Assembly: GCA_002269645.1 (NCBI GenBank)
Contig: NIVC01002907.1
Coordinates: 1-64,000, forward strand
Length of the DNA stretch: 64,000 nt
Source: Macrostomum lignano
Lineage: Eukaryota
Reading direction: 5' to 3'
How positions within the stretch are numbered: position 1 is the first letter of the stretch; each line of letters starts with the position of its first letter. Below, piece by piece: positions 1 through 12,756 of the stretch. The translations under genes and the position numbers were made by a program. A model generated the notes under the pieces. That model saw nothing but the letters and a program-made list of their open reading frames with translations, did not search any database and was not told the DNA's origin.

Positions 1-390
1 GTTGCTAAGAGACGGTTGCAAACGGGTTGTTTCCTAAGGAGATGGCTGCTAATGGTTGTTTTCTAAAGGTTTGGTTGCTAAGAAACTGTTGCTACTGGTT
101 TGGTTGCTAAGAAACTGTTGCTACTGGTTTGGTTGCTAAGAAACTGTTGCTACTGGTTTGGTTGCTAAGAAACTGTTGCTACTGGTTTGGTTGCTAAGAA
201 ACTGTTGCTACTGGTTTGGTTGCTAAGAAACTGTTGCTACTGGTTTGGTTGCTAAGAAACTGTTGCTACTGGTTTGGTTGCTAAGAAACTGTTGCTACTG
301 GTTTGGTTGCTAAGAGATGGTTGCTAGTATGTTGGTTGCTAAGAGATGGTTGCTAAGAGACCATTACTACTAGTTTGGTTGCTAAGAGAC
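1..390. repeat. 29-bp minisatellite (tttggttgctaagaaactgttgctactgg); degenerate units resume at 2832-2935 beyond the inserted element
   Basis: Period 29 read directly (ttgg at 71, 100, ...). Related units are on the other side of the foldback element. Confidence 0.9.
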
Positions 391-2831
391 GGGTCCACGA
401 CAATTGACTGCCACAAAATGACTGCGGACAAAATGACTGCGGAGCAATTTGACTGCCGACAATTTGACTGCCGACAAAATGACTGCGGCAATTTGACTGC
501 CGACAAAATGACTGCGGAGCAATTTGACTGCCGACAAAATGACTGCGGAGCAATTTGACTGCCGACAAAATGACTGCGGAGCAATTTGACTGCCGACAAT
601 TTGACTGCGGAGCAATTTGACTGCCGACAATTTGACTGCCGACAATTTGACTGCCGACAAAATGACTGCGGAGCAATTTGACTGCCGACAATTTGACTGC
701 CGACAAAATGACTGCGGAGCAATTTAACTGCCGACAATTTGACTGCCGACAAAATGACTGCGGAGCAATTTGACTGCCGACAATTTGACTGCCGACAAAA
801 TGACTGCGGAGCAATTTAACTGCCGACAAAATGACTGCGGAGCAATTTGACTGCCGACAAAATGACTGCGGACAAAATGACTGCGGACAAAATGACTGCG
901 GACAAAATGACTGCGGACAAAATGACTGCGGACAAAATGACTGCGGACAAAATGACTGCGGACAAAATGACTGCGGACAAAATGACTGCGGACAAAATGA
1001 CTGCGGACAAAATGACTGCGGACAAAATGACTGCGGACAAAATGACTGCGGACAAATGACTGCGGACAAAATGACTGCGGACAAAATGACTGCGGACAAA
1101 ATGACTGCGGACAAAATGACTGCGGACAAAATGACTGCGGACAAAATGACTGCGGACAAAATGACTGCGGACAAAATGACTGCGGACAAAATGACTGCGG
1201 CAGTTTGACTGCCGACAAAATGACTGCCAAAAATGACTGGCGACAAAATGACTGCCAAAAATGACTGGCGACAAAATGACTGCCAAAAATGACTGGCGAC
1301 AAAATGACTGCCAAAAATGACTGGCGACAAAATGACTGCCAAAAATGACTGGCGACAAAATGACTGCCAAAAATGACTGGCGACAAAATGACTGCCAAAA
1401 AAACACTCCAGGCTCTGACCGTATTTATGCAAGGCTAGCAATGCTTTTTACATGAGCAAAAATGCAAGCTACATTTGGCTTTCAACAATTCGTGCATGTA
1501 TATCTACTAGTGAAATTAGAAGCGTCATGTCAAAAAAGAGAAGCGAAGTCATGTCAAACATAAAAGGCGTCAAGTAAAACATAAAAGAAACTTCATCAAA
1601 CATAAAAGCAGCGTAAGGTAACACATAGAAGAAACGTAATCTAAAATATAAAGGAAGCGTCATTTAAAAATGTTGACGTCTTGGGATGCTAAAGCTTACG
1701 GCGGCAATTGCTGCGATTTCGAGGCTTACTGGGGAATTGCTAAGATTTCAAGGCTTACAACGGGGAATTGCTGAGATGTCAAGACAAATAGGATATACAT
1801 TAATAATTTTCGTCTCTTGCTTGTTGGCCGCCCCGAAGGGGGCGCAGGATTGCTACCAATGTTCAAACTGATCTTTTGCATGTAGCTGTGTTTAATGAAT
1901 GCTGTTTTATAGAGTTTTTTTCTCCCATGTCATATTAATCTCATACTTGAATCTTATTGATTCTTTCAGATTTTTAAAAAATGTCACATACTCGTCCTAT
2001 CAGAAAAGCTTTATTAGGCCTAGTCAAAGCTAAAGTTAATGATACGCTAGCGCGCGGCTATAGCTATATAAAGAGCATTCATGGAACACAGCTTCATGTG
2101 GAGGATCCGTTTGAACATTAGTAGATATACATGCACGAATTGTTGAAAGCCAAATGTAGCTTGCATTTTTGTTCATGTAAAAAGCATTGCTAGCCTTGCA
2201 TAAATACGGTCAGAGCCTGGAGTGTTTTTTTGGCAGTCATTTTGTCCGCAGTCATTTTGTCCGCAGTCATTTTTGGCAGTCATTTTGTCCGCAGTCATTT
2301 TTGGCAGTCATTTTGTCCGCAGTCATTTTTGGCAGTCATTTTGTCCGCAGTCATTTTGTCGGCAGTCATTTTGTCCGCAGTCATTTTGTCCGCAGTCATT
2401 TTTGGCAGTCATTTTGTCCGCAGTCATTTTGTCGGCAGTCATTTTGTCCGCAGTCATTTTGTCGGAAGTCAAATTGTCGGAAGTCAAATTTTCGGAAGTC
2501 AAATTGTCGAAAGTCAAATTGTCGGCAGTCAAATTGTCGGCAGTCAAATTGTCGGCAGTCATTTTGTCGGAAGTCAAATTGTCGGCAGTCAAATTGTCGG
2601 CAGTCAAATTGTCGGCAGTCATTTTGTCCGCAGTCATTTTGTCGGAAGTCAAATTGTCGGAAGTCAAATTGTCCGCAGTCACTTTGTCGGAAGTCAAATT
2701 GTCGGAAGTCAAATTGTCAGAAGTCAAATTGTCCGCAGTCATTTTGTCCGCAGTCATTTTGTCCGCAGTCATTTTGTCCGCAGTCATTTTGTCCGCAGTC
2801 ATTTTGTCGGAAGTCAAATTGTCGTAGACCC
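391..2831. mobile_element. Non-autonomous Mutator-like (MULE) foldback DNA transposon
   Basis: Termini GGGTCCACGACAA / TTGTCGTAGACCC. Perfect 9-bp TSD CTAAGAGAC (382-390, 2832-2840). Arms are 14-15-bp caaaatgactgcgga repeats (398-1400; inverted 2228-2825) plus about 110 bp unique inverted sequence (about 1400-1509 vs 2119-2228, one mismatch). The roughly 610-bp spacer shows no transposase. Confidence 0.85.
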
Positions 2832-3013
2832 CTAAGAGACAGTTGCTACTAAGTTGGTTGCTAAGAGACCGTTGCTACTGGGTCGGTTGCTAAGGAGAGC
2901 GTTACTAGTGGGTTTTGGGTAAGTTGCTACTTCAAGTACAGCAAAAGTTTCATTCGTAGGATTGCAACAAAAAATCAGATTACGGGCGCAGCCCCCCCCC
3001 ACAAAAAATTTAC

Positions 3014-6000
3014 CTCGGCCAAAGCAGCCGCTCTTTCGTCCAGCTGTCCGACACTGGGCCGGAATGCGGGCCACTTGAGCAGCGCCAGGATCAGCAGCGG
3101 CAGCAGTCGAATGTTGGGAGGCGACCAGAGGCCACCGGCGCCGCGCTGCCCGGTGGCCCGAGCGTAGGCGGCCAGCGGATCGGCTGCGGCGTTCACCAGC
3201 GCGTCGCGAGCGTCCGACAGGCGGTTGGCGCCGGTTATGATGCGCTCGGCGCCGATTTGCGCCAGAAGGCCGATAATCTTTAATGAAAAGATTCGATTTT
3301 GATAATTCGGTTAGGTGAATCGGCTGTCAAGGATTTGGTGAATGGCTGTTTATGATTTGGTGAATTGCTGTTTACAAATTTGGTGAATGGGCTGTGTTAC
3401 GATTTGGTGAATGCGCTGTTTATGATTTGGTGAATGGGCTGTTTATGATTTGGTGAATGGCTGTTAACGATTTGGTGAATGGGCTGTTTATGATTTGGTG
3501 AATGGCTGTTAACGATTTGGTTAATGGCTGTTTATGATTTGGTGAATGGGCTGTTTATGATTTGGTGAATGGGCTGTTTACATTTGGTGAATGGCTATTT
3601 ATGATTTGGTGAATGGGCTGTTTATGATTTGGTGAATGGGCTGTTTACATTTGGTGAATGGCTGTTTATGATTTGGTGAATGGGCTGTTTACATTTGGTG
3701 AATGGCTGTTTACGATTTGGTTAATGGCTGTTTATGATTTGGTGAATGGCTGTTTACGATTTGGTTAATGGCTGTTTATGATTGGGTGAATGGCTGTTTA
3801 TGATCCAAGTTGCTTGAAAACGGCAGTCACGCTATCACAGCAGCTTTGAACTTAAAAATATCTCACCGCCCGCTGGTCGGACCCGGCGAACACATCCTCA
3901 ATCCGGGTAGCAACCGGCAGTCCCAGCGTGTGCACTCGATCCTCCGCTCGCCCTTCCGCCCAGTGTACAGCAGAGCGGCCTGGAACACCACCGGCTCGCT
4001 GGCTCCCGCGGTGCCGGCGCCATCGCCGACAGCCAGCTGGATGGCGAATCCGGCGTCCGGACTAGCGCAGGGCAGCGCCGCCAAGTCGGTGGCGCGAACG
4101 AAACAGGAGCCGTAGAAGGCGGCCACGCTGTAGCCGTTTGAGCAGCGGACCCGGAGCACAGCCTGGAGAATTAGGGCGATTCTGGGGTGGTTCAGGGCGA
4201 TTCCTAGGGTGGTTCAGGGGCGAATCTTTGGGATGGTTCAGGGGCGATTCGGAGGGTTATTCAGGGGCGAATCTTTGGGATGGTTCAGGGGCGATTCGGA
4301 AGGTTATTCAAAGGCGATTCGGAGGGTGGGTTCAGGGGCAATTCTGAGGGTTATTCAGAGACGATTCGGAGGGTGGGTTCAGGGGCGATTCGGAGGGTTA
4401 TTCAGGGACGATTCGGAGGGTTGTTCAGGGGCGATTCGGAGGGTTATTCAGGGACGATTCGGAGGGTGGTTCAGGGGCGATTCTGAGGGTTATTCAGGGG
4501 CGATTCGGAGGGTTATTCAGGGACGATTTGGAGGGTGGTTCAGGGGCAATTCTGAGGGTTATTCAGGGCGATTCGGAGGGTTATTCAGGGACGATTCTGA
4601 GGGTGGGTTTAGGGGCAATTCTGAGGGTTATTCAGGAACGATTCCTAGGGTGGTTCAGGGCAATTCATAGGATGGTTCAGGGCGATTCATAGGATGGTTC
4701 AGGGCGATTCTTGGCCTCCAAAGCAATTCCTCAAAGCTATAACAGAGACCTCTAATCCCAGCTTGCGAGTGAGATGCCGGCCAAGATCCGCAGCCAGCCG
4801 GTCCGCATCGTCGGGCAGGCGCGGATAGCGGTGCACCCGGCCGGAGGAGTACACGGCTATGGGCATGACCGAGGCCAGGTCAGTGTGACCGGGCCCGACG
4901 CAGAACAGATCAACAGACAGCTGGGCGCTGCAACAGTCTAACGCCAGGCGCTTGTAATAGTCAGTGGCCGGCTGGCCAGCCAAGTCGTCCGAGTCTGATC
5001 CGGCCGGACCGGACAAGGCGCCGGGTCCGACTGACGGACGGGAGGCCAGAAACAACAGTAGACGGCCGCCGCTGGACTGGGCGAGTCTGAATACAAGTAA
5101 ATTGACCGATTAAATACCCGTGTATTACTGGCAGTAGGTGGTTAACGAATATCACTGTCACAATTGATGAATGATAGCGACGAAAAGTAAAAAACTGACA
5201 GAGATTGACCTGTCCACAAGAGACACAAGACAGTCTACAAGAGACACAGGCCAATCTACAAGAGACACAATGATCGAGCTACAAGAGACACAAGCCAATC
5301 TACAAGAGACACAATGATCGAGCTACAAGAGACACAAGCCAATCTACAAGAGACACAATGATCAAACTACAAGAGACACAAGCCAATCTACAAGAGACAC
5401 AATGACCAAGCTACAAGAGACACAAGCCAATCTACAAGAGACACAATGATCGAGCTACAAGAGACACAAGCCAATCTACAAGAGACACAATGATCAAGCA
5501 ACCAGAGACACAAGCCAATCTACAAGAGACACAATGATCAATCTACAAGAGACACAATGATCAAGCAACCAGAGACACAAGCCAATCTACAAGAGACACA
5601 ATGATCGAGCTACAAGAGACACAAGCCAATCTACAAGAGACACAATGATCAAGCTACAAGAGACACAATGATCAAGCTACAAGAGACACAAGCCAATCTA
5701 TAAGAGACACAATGACCAAGCTACAAGAGACACAAGCCAATCTACAAGAGACACAATGATCGAGCTACAAGAGACACAAGCCAATCTACAAGAGACACAA
5801 TGACCAAGCAACCAGAGACACAAGCCAATCTACAAGAGACACAATGATCAATCTACAAGAGACACAATGATCAAGCAACCAGAGACACAAGCCAATCTAC
5901 AAGAGACACAATGATCAAGCAACCAGAGACACAAGCCAATCTACAAGAGACACAAGCCAATCTACAAGAGACACAATGATCGAGCTACAAGAGACACAAG

Positions 6001-9000
6001 CCAATCTACAAGAGACACAATGATCGAGCTACAAGAGACACAAGCCAATCTACAAGAGACACAATGATCAAGCAACCAGAGACACAAGCCAATTTACAAG
6101 AGACACAATGATCGAGCTACAAGAGACACAAGCCAATCTACAAGAGACACAATGATCGAGCTACAAGAGACACAAGCCAATCTACAAGAGACACAATGAT
6201 CGAGCTACAAGAGACACAAGCCAATCTACAAGAGACACAATGATCGAGCTACAAGAGACACAAGCCAATCTACAAGAGACACAATGATCAAGCAACCAGA
6301 GACACAAGTCAATCTACAAGAGACACAATGATCAAGCAACCAGAGACACAAGCCAATCTACAAAGACACAATGATCAAGCTACAAGAGACACAAGCCAAT
6401 CTACAAGAGACACAATGATCAAGCTACAAGAGACACAGGCCAATCTACAAGAGACACAATGACTAAGCAGCCAGAGACACACAGGCCAATCTTTAAGACA
6501 GACCTGTGAGCTATGGCCAAAGCCGATCCCAGACAGCAGCCGGGCACCGCAGGGAACTCCAATTCGGGCAGCGATTCCAACAATTCAACGATGGCGTCGC
6601 GACATTCGGCCACGGGTACTAGAAGACCTTCGGGCATTGGTAGGTCCGAATCGCCGTCCAGATCAGGCATGGCCAGCAGGCTGGGACGGGGTCCGTCCAG
6701 TTTGTACAGGTGCAGAACGCCATTGAAGGTGATGACGGCCAGCTGGGTGCGGGTGTCGCCTGGCAGACGGTCCAGACAGCGAAGCAGAGTCTGACTAACC
6801 GCAGTCAAGTAGGCAGTTGCCGACTTGGCAACGGCCGGGTCTGACGACAGAACCTGGGACACGTCCAGCGCCAGGATGTAGGTTGCGGGCGGCGGCGGCC
6901 GAACAGAATACTCCTGGGTGGCGATGAATTCCACTGTGCCGTTGCGAATCTCTGGCCGACGGCTCGGGTCGCCGTAGGTCTGCGGGGGCAATAGGTTTCC
7001 AGCGGAGCAGTTGTCTTAAAACTACTCGGGACCAAAATATGAGTTCGTACTGGTCTAGGTGATTCTCTAGAGGGGCTGGGGGTCTGCAAACTTTTTTTAC
7101 CTGAAGGGCCAGATAAAGAATTCAGCTCATGGCTGCGGGCCAGATGAGAGTACAAGGAGAGAATAAAATATAGACGAGAGACGAGAGAAGAGTAAGGGGA
7201 GAGAAGAGAGCTGAGAAGAGGCACAAACATTGAGCGGGCCGGATTGCTATTGTGAAGTTTCAAAGGACCCGAGGACAGATAAAGGGATAAAGGCTAGTTT
7301 TCTACCCATTCTAAATGTATAATGTGGCATCCCGCCGATCTCTGATTGGTGTAGAACGAGTGACAGAACTTGATCTAGGTACAATAGAACATTTATATAT
7401 AAATACCGTATATGCATAAAAGCGTTGATCTTAAAGCATTTAAGCGCGTATTATTTTTTTACAAGGTTTCTGCGAAAGTAAAAGTCTGCCTTACCTGGGA
7501 CATGGGATCATAAAGAAACTCTTCTGGCAAATCGTTGTCAAGAAAGCAGAGACTGCAGCGCCATCTCTGTTGGCTGGAGAAGCGCACGAAAGGATTAATA
7601 TAGGCCCGGCAATCTCGGCAGCGAACGATGACGTTGGCCTGAATGACTGCCAGGCTGCGCAGATCCTTAAACGGGTGCATTGCCAGGCCTAACGGTAGGC
7701 GAGATCGGCGCAACAACTCGGCAGTGGCCGGCACGGCGTTCATTGTGCAGGACATGACATCCGGATTGCAGTTGGCCTCAGCCGGGAACGAATGGCCCAA
7801 CGGCGGCGGAGCGACCGTCTCTATGGGCTCGGAGCCGTGCGTCCGCAGCAGCTGCCGGTCGCGCAGAAGATTCACTGAGTTTTCGCGATGCTGAGCGCTT
7901 GCAGTCGACCACTGCGGCTGCTGAAGCGTCGGCGGCGAAGTCATTTGTCGAGGCATCGGTCCAACGGGCAGCGGCGGCGTCGGCGCTACGAATGGCATTG
8001 GTGCTGGCGGCGCGGGGACAAATGAAGGGGGCGAAGGTGCGGCTGCAGATATTGGATGCATCGGCGGTTCTGGAGGTCCAATAGGCCGATGGCCAGGTGC
8101 CGTTGAGCTCGATGGCATCATAGGAGGTGGCGGAGGTCCAACAGGTTGATGGCCAGGTTGCGGAGGTCCAACAGGTTGATGGCCAGGTGGCGGAGGTCCA
8201 ACAGGTTGATGGCCAGGTGGCGGAGGTCCAACAGGTTGATGGCCAGGTGCCGTTGAGCTCGATGGCATCATAGAAGGTGGCAGAGGTCTAACAGGTTGAT
8301 GGCTAGGTGCCGTTGAGCTCGATGGCATCATAGGAGGTGGCGGACATCCAACAGGTTGATAGCCAGGTGCCGCTGAGCTCGATGGCATCATAGAAGGTGG
8401 CAGAGGTCTAACAGGTTGATGGCTAGGTGCCGTTGAGCTCGATGGCATCATAGGAGGTGGCGGACATCCAACAGGTTGATAGCCAGGTGCCGCTGAGCTC
8501 GATGGCATCATAGGAGGTGGCGGACATCCAACAGGTTGATAGTCAGGTGCCGTTGAGCTCGATGGCATCATAGGAGGTGGCAGAGGTCCAATAGGTTGAT
8601 AGCCAGGTGCTGCTGAGCTCGATGGCATCATTGAGGACTGTGGACCTACATATCGATGGTCAGGTGTTGCTGAGCTACCAATTCTCATCTGGTGTACCTG
8701 AGACGTCAAGTTTGCAGCTGCTGTCTGAGTTGAAGGCACTTCAAATGATGAAACTTGAGGTGGTTGTCTCAACTGAGAAGGGTGTGGAGCTGACACTGAG
8801 GAAGATGTTGATGGACAAGGCATTGAACTTTTTGGCAAATGACTTTGCAGAGGCAATGGAGGTGCAGCCATACCTGCTTGTGCAGATGAGGAATTCAGAC
8901 CATGCAAGTTCATCTGATTGGGCTGATTAGACAACATAGACCTCACAGGTGTTGGATGCAATAAAGAGCCATGAGGAAGTTGTAATGGAGGTGTAGAGGC

Positions 9001-9147
9001 AAAAATAGGCCTTGTAGGGTTAGCTGATGTTTGACTTGGCTGAATTTTAGGCATAGTTTCAATAGGCATAAATGATCTAGCTGGCTGAGCTTGAGCAGAT
9101 GACAATTGAAGGCTCCCATTGGGTTTTGTTGGTTGCTTTGGCTGCAT
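3014..9147 (-). CDS. SEC24B: COPII cargo adaptor Sec24A/B-like, partial; exons 9147-7495, 6979-6504, 5086-4750, 4162-3867, 3277-3014; 1-nt frameshift near 3937; C-terminal gelsolin-domain exons not seen in the window
   Basis: Pro-rich N-terminus, zinc finger CRDCRAYINPF...WRCSLC, trunk motifs YILALDVS and YYKRLALDCCSAQLSVDLF (A/B-type), AVLRVRCSNG, and helical domain DARDALVNAA...RLLPLLILALLK. All introns are GT-AG with compatible phases. A versus B orthology is not resolved. Confidence 0.9.
3312..3803. repeat. 22-23-bp intronic minisatellite (gatttggtgaatggctgtttat)
   Basis: Direct tandem repeats in Sec24 intron 4. Confidence 0.9.
4172..4712. repeat. About 23-bp intronic minisatellite (ggagggttattcaggggcgattc)
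   Basis: Direct tandem repeats in Sec24 intron 3. Confidence 0.9.
5205..6480. repeat. Intronic minisatellite of alternating 21-bp (ctacaagagacacaagccaat) and 23-bp (ctacaagagacacaatgatcgag) units
   Basis: Direct tandem repeats with a mostly 44-bp higher-order pattern, in Sec24 intron 2. Confidence 0.9.
7077..7275. mobile_element. Truncated hAT-type MITE copy (family of 56190-56828)
   Basis: Begins ggggtctgcaaactttt and shares gagagctgagaagag...gggccggattgctattgtgaagtttcaaaggacccgagg with the copies at 14387 and 56190. Confidence 0.7.
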
Positions 9148-10355
9148 TCCTCTTATATCTATAGTCTAGATTATATGAATAGCTTTCAGAAAAGTGAATT
9201 TATGTTTTTAATCTAGAGTATAAGTTGTTTCTTTAATCTATGAGATGAACAATTATTATTTCATAATTTAAAACCATTTATACTTGTGCTGTATAATTTG
9301 ATATATTTGCACTAGCCTAGGCCTAGGTTTCCCTGTTAGAATTTTTGCTCAAAATGCATAGACGAAAATTAGGATTTTAATATTTATAGTCCCTAATTAA
9401 AAGGGGATGGCAATAAACCTATTGGTTATTATAATTTTGAGCTACTTTACTATGTAAGGGCCTATCACACAATGCCATAATTGGTGTAATGTAGACTAAA
9501 GTACTATAAAACCTTGGTGAAATGCAATATAATAGAAAGGCAATAGACATATAAATGTCAGTTTTTTATCAAACTAAATTGTTTGTATAATGCAACATGC
9601 CATGCTACAGCCTAGCACCCTAGTGCAATAATCTTTAGCATGATATGACAAGTGACTAATTAAGCATATGAATAATTTATATAATACTAATCAATTAATC
9701 TATCTATGAAAAAGAGGATATAAAAATTATTTTCAACAAGAGTGATATTCACATTCACTTCAGTTTGTATTACAATTTTTTCTATAAAATATACCATGTT
9801 TATCATAAAGTAAATTTTTTTGCTTCAAATCTTAGATTAACTTAACCGATCAAATCAAAGGAGTTGTAAGAACCTTTCAGTTGAATAGTTTCGAGGTTCA
9901 AAAGGGTCTGTCAACTTAGGTTCATAAAGTGGAGCCCGACACCCAAGAAACATTATGTACATTGTACACAAATGATACGCCATTCTGCTCACAGTGACAC
10001 CAGAAAGATGGACTTAAGAAAAAAATTACAAAAATTGAACCTGGGATAAAAGAGAACAATCAAGGGGACAATTAGGGACTCCACCTGATAAGCTTAAGAC
10101 AGTTTACATGATGATGATAGTAATCATTATTCTTAGAAATTATACTTTTTAAACTAGAAAATATCTTTAGCAGCAACAGGTAAATTAGACTGAAATTATT
10201 ATTGACAAAACATTTTTTAAATACCTTAAGATTTTTTCAGATATTATATTTATTGATGGACAAACAAATAAAATTTTTGTTTTAGCCAACAATTTCAATT
10301 ATAAAACCGTTGGAAATTTACTACGATTTTTTTTGTGAAGGCCTAGTGAAGTGGG

Positions 10356-10364
10356 CTGATTGGC
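10356..10364 (-). promoter_or_regulatory. CCAAT box (GCCAATCAG) in the divergent Sec24/NF-YB intergenic region
   Basis: Matches the NF-Y consensus within a locally GC-richer patch of AT-rich DNA. Function untested. Confidence 0.25.
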
Positions 10365-11042
10365 AAATCCAGGGGCCATAGTCCTCTCAGCTAGGATCGA
10401 AATAAATCGCCGCATTTTTTCTTCTTCTGACGAATTTTGACCTAATTTATACTACTTTTAGTCGCTTTTCGAATGTCGTACTAAGGCCAAGGGCCTATAC
10501 TATATTTGTTGCTTATTCTACTATACTAGGTCTAGGTGGGCCTAATTGTTTTGCATCATAATCGTTTTGGAATTTTTTTTTAATTTGATTTTTTATGCAT
10601 ATTGGCAAGTTATAAAACCTTTATTTAAATATATAGCATTTAGTAAATTAAATTGACAATTTTTTAAACTAGCCTAAGGCTAAAGATTTAAGTTATTATT
10701 AATTAGGACTAATTTAACTAATAAAATTTAGTTAATATTAGTTATTTAGTCAGGTAAATTTAATTGAAAGATTTTAATATTATAATTGAGACAAAATTGG
10801 CTAGGCCTAGGCCTATAAAAAATTTCTTAATCTCATCAAATAAGATTGCTAAAAATAATATAATATTTTGTCTTTAGTTTTATAATTTAAGGCTAACTTA
10901 ATTTAGTTTAGTAACTGCAATTAATTATAATTTAGTTTGGTTTAAGATAGGGTTTAAAAAACTTTTTTATCTATAAGGCAAAATAGAGAACCAAATATTT
11001 GATTGATAATTGTAAGCTAGTGTAAGAAAGAGAAAGAGAAAA

Positions 11043-11753
11043 GGCAATCTTCAAGTTTCGTTCGTTAAATTATTTTTTCAATGATTTCTGAACTATCTTG
11101 CTCTGAGATGATTATTTTCGAGCTCTCCAGTGTGCCCAGCCCTTTCCTAGCTGAGAAAGTAGCAGTTTTGTTAATATTATATATCTAATGTACTGTAAAG
11201 CCGTTAGTAGGCAAAGGAATGTCTATGGCCCATATTACGATAACGTAATGATGACGTGGCTTTCACTGACATGGCATTTTAGCAAAGAACGTCTATGGGG
11301 AATAAAGATGCTACTGTACGTGTACGCAGCTTTAGGAGTGGCATGGAGTAATATCATAAGCAGTTAATAGACAAGCAGCTAATACACTATAAGACTGACG
11401 GCTACACTTGGGCTTGCACCAACTGCCATGCGCAGGTGTCCATCCAAAAGGGGTCCTTTTTTGAACGGAATCACCTCAAGCTATGTTAGCTACTGGACCT
11501 CATCTGCCCCTGTTGTACCCCACTGTGTTATTATTTTTGTCTGTTTGTACTCAGTGTTACATGTTAGCTTTGCTTGTTTGCATCTTATATTTCCGGCTTT
11601 ATGGTACCTTAGAGGTTAATATTAACAAAGCTGCTACTTTCTCAGCTCGGAAAGAGCTGGGTACACTGGAGAGCTCGAAAATAATCATCTCAGAGCAAGA
11701 TAGTTCAGAAATCATTGAAAAAATAATTTAATGAATGAAACTTGAAGATTGCC
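11043..11753 (+). mobile_element. Merlin-superfamily non-autonomous deletion derivative
   Basis: 136-bp TIRs (11043-11178, 11618-11753) starting GGCAATC. 8-bp TSD agagaaaa/agagaaga. Internal 11391-11489 reads KTDGYTWACTNCHAQVSIQKGSFFERNHL, resembling the DGxxWxCxxC...SIRxGSFF segment of Merlin/ISXO2-like transposases. Confidence 0.75.
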
Positions 11754-12756
11754 AGAGAAGAGACATAAGAAATAGGTAAGAAAGGAAAAACATAACAATG
11801 TAAAAAGTGAGAAGACTAGGGGATAAGAGAAAAAAAGCAAAAAAGGAAAGAAAAGAGAAAAAAGAAAAAAAAAGAAAGTGTAGATTAGAAAACAAAGAGC
11901 TAAGAAGAAAGGCAAATCTTGAATAAGCCTGATTCCCATTGTAACATTTCAAAGGACTTAAAGGCTAGATAGAATGGCTTTGTAAGCTGCATATGGCCTA
12001 TAGGCTAGTCTGCTGACCCTTAGACTTGGTCTATGTTGGCATGGCCTAATGATGATTTCCTATTTAATATTCCTTTAACCTTTAATGTCTTTTTTGCTTT
12101 TTATAATAAGGCTTTCAGTTTTTACATGATAAATTGGTTTCTTTGTCTAATCCTAAAAGAATAAAAAAGAGGATGAAATTACTACAAGAGAATACAATAC
12201 AATATTTAGGTAGTTAAATAGATATTTAAGGTATTAAATATTTAGATATAAAATATTTAGTAAAATATTTAGGTTTATCAATATAGGTAGGCCTAATGAT
12301 ATATAGTATATATATTTGGCAAAAATTCAATCAAAATTGGTCAAGAATTGCAATCTCTAGAGCATTATAGACAAGTAAACATACAAACAAATATTAGAGA
12401 TTTAGTATAACTTTAGTATAACTTTGTTAGTTATTTTAGAAGTCCCATCATAATACTTCTATTGGTTTATTAGGCACTTGATAAGACAACCTTAGTCTAA
12501 AAGTTATTTCTATTCATGGTTGACAAAGTAACAAGTGTTATATCTTAAATCTTAGGTGAATGTTTTTTATATCACAATTGTGTGTCTCTAGAGTTGACAA
12601 TTTATTTCAAAAAAATAAAGATACAAACCTATGGCTATGGAATCTATATATGTAATGTTTGTTTTCCATGGATATAATTCTGAGATGTCCTTGTAACTGT
12701 AGTTGGCATAATATCCCACTGCAGCTTGTTGCCATATGCTATACAAACACAAATTT

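Noticed and set aside
339-2852. Many long repetitive ORFs (AVILS/SHFVR/CPQSF repeats)
   Set aside because: They are translations of stop-free 15-bp TIR repeats on both strands, not genes.
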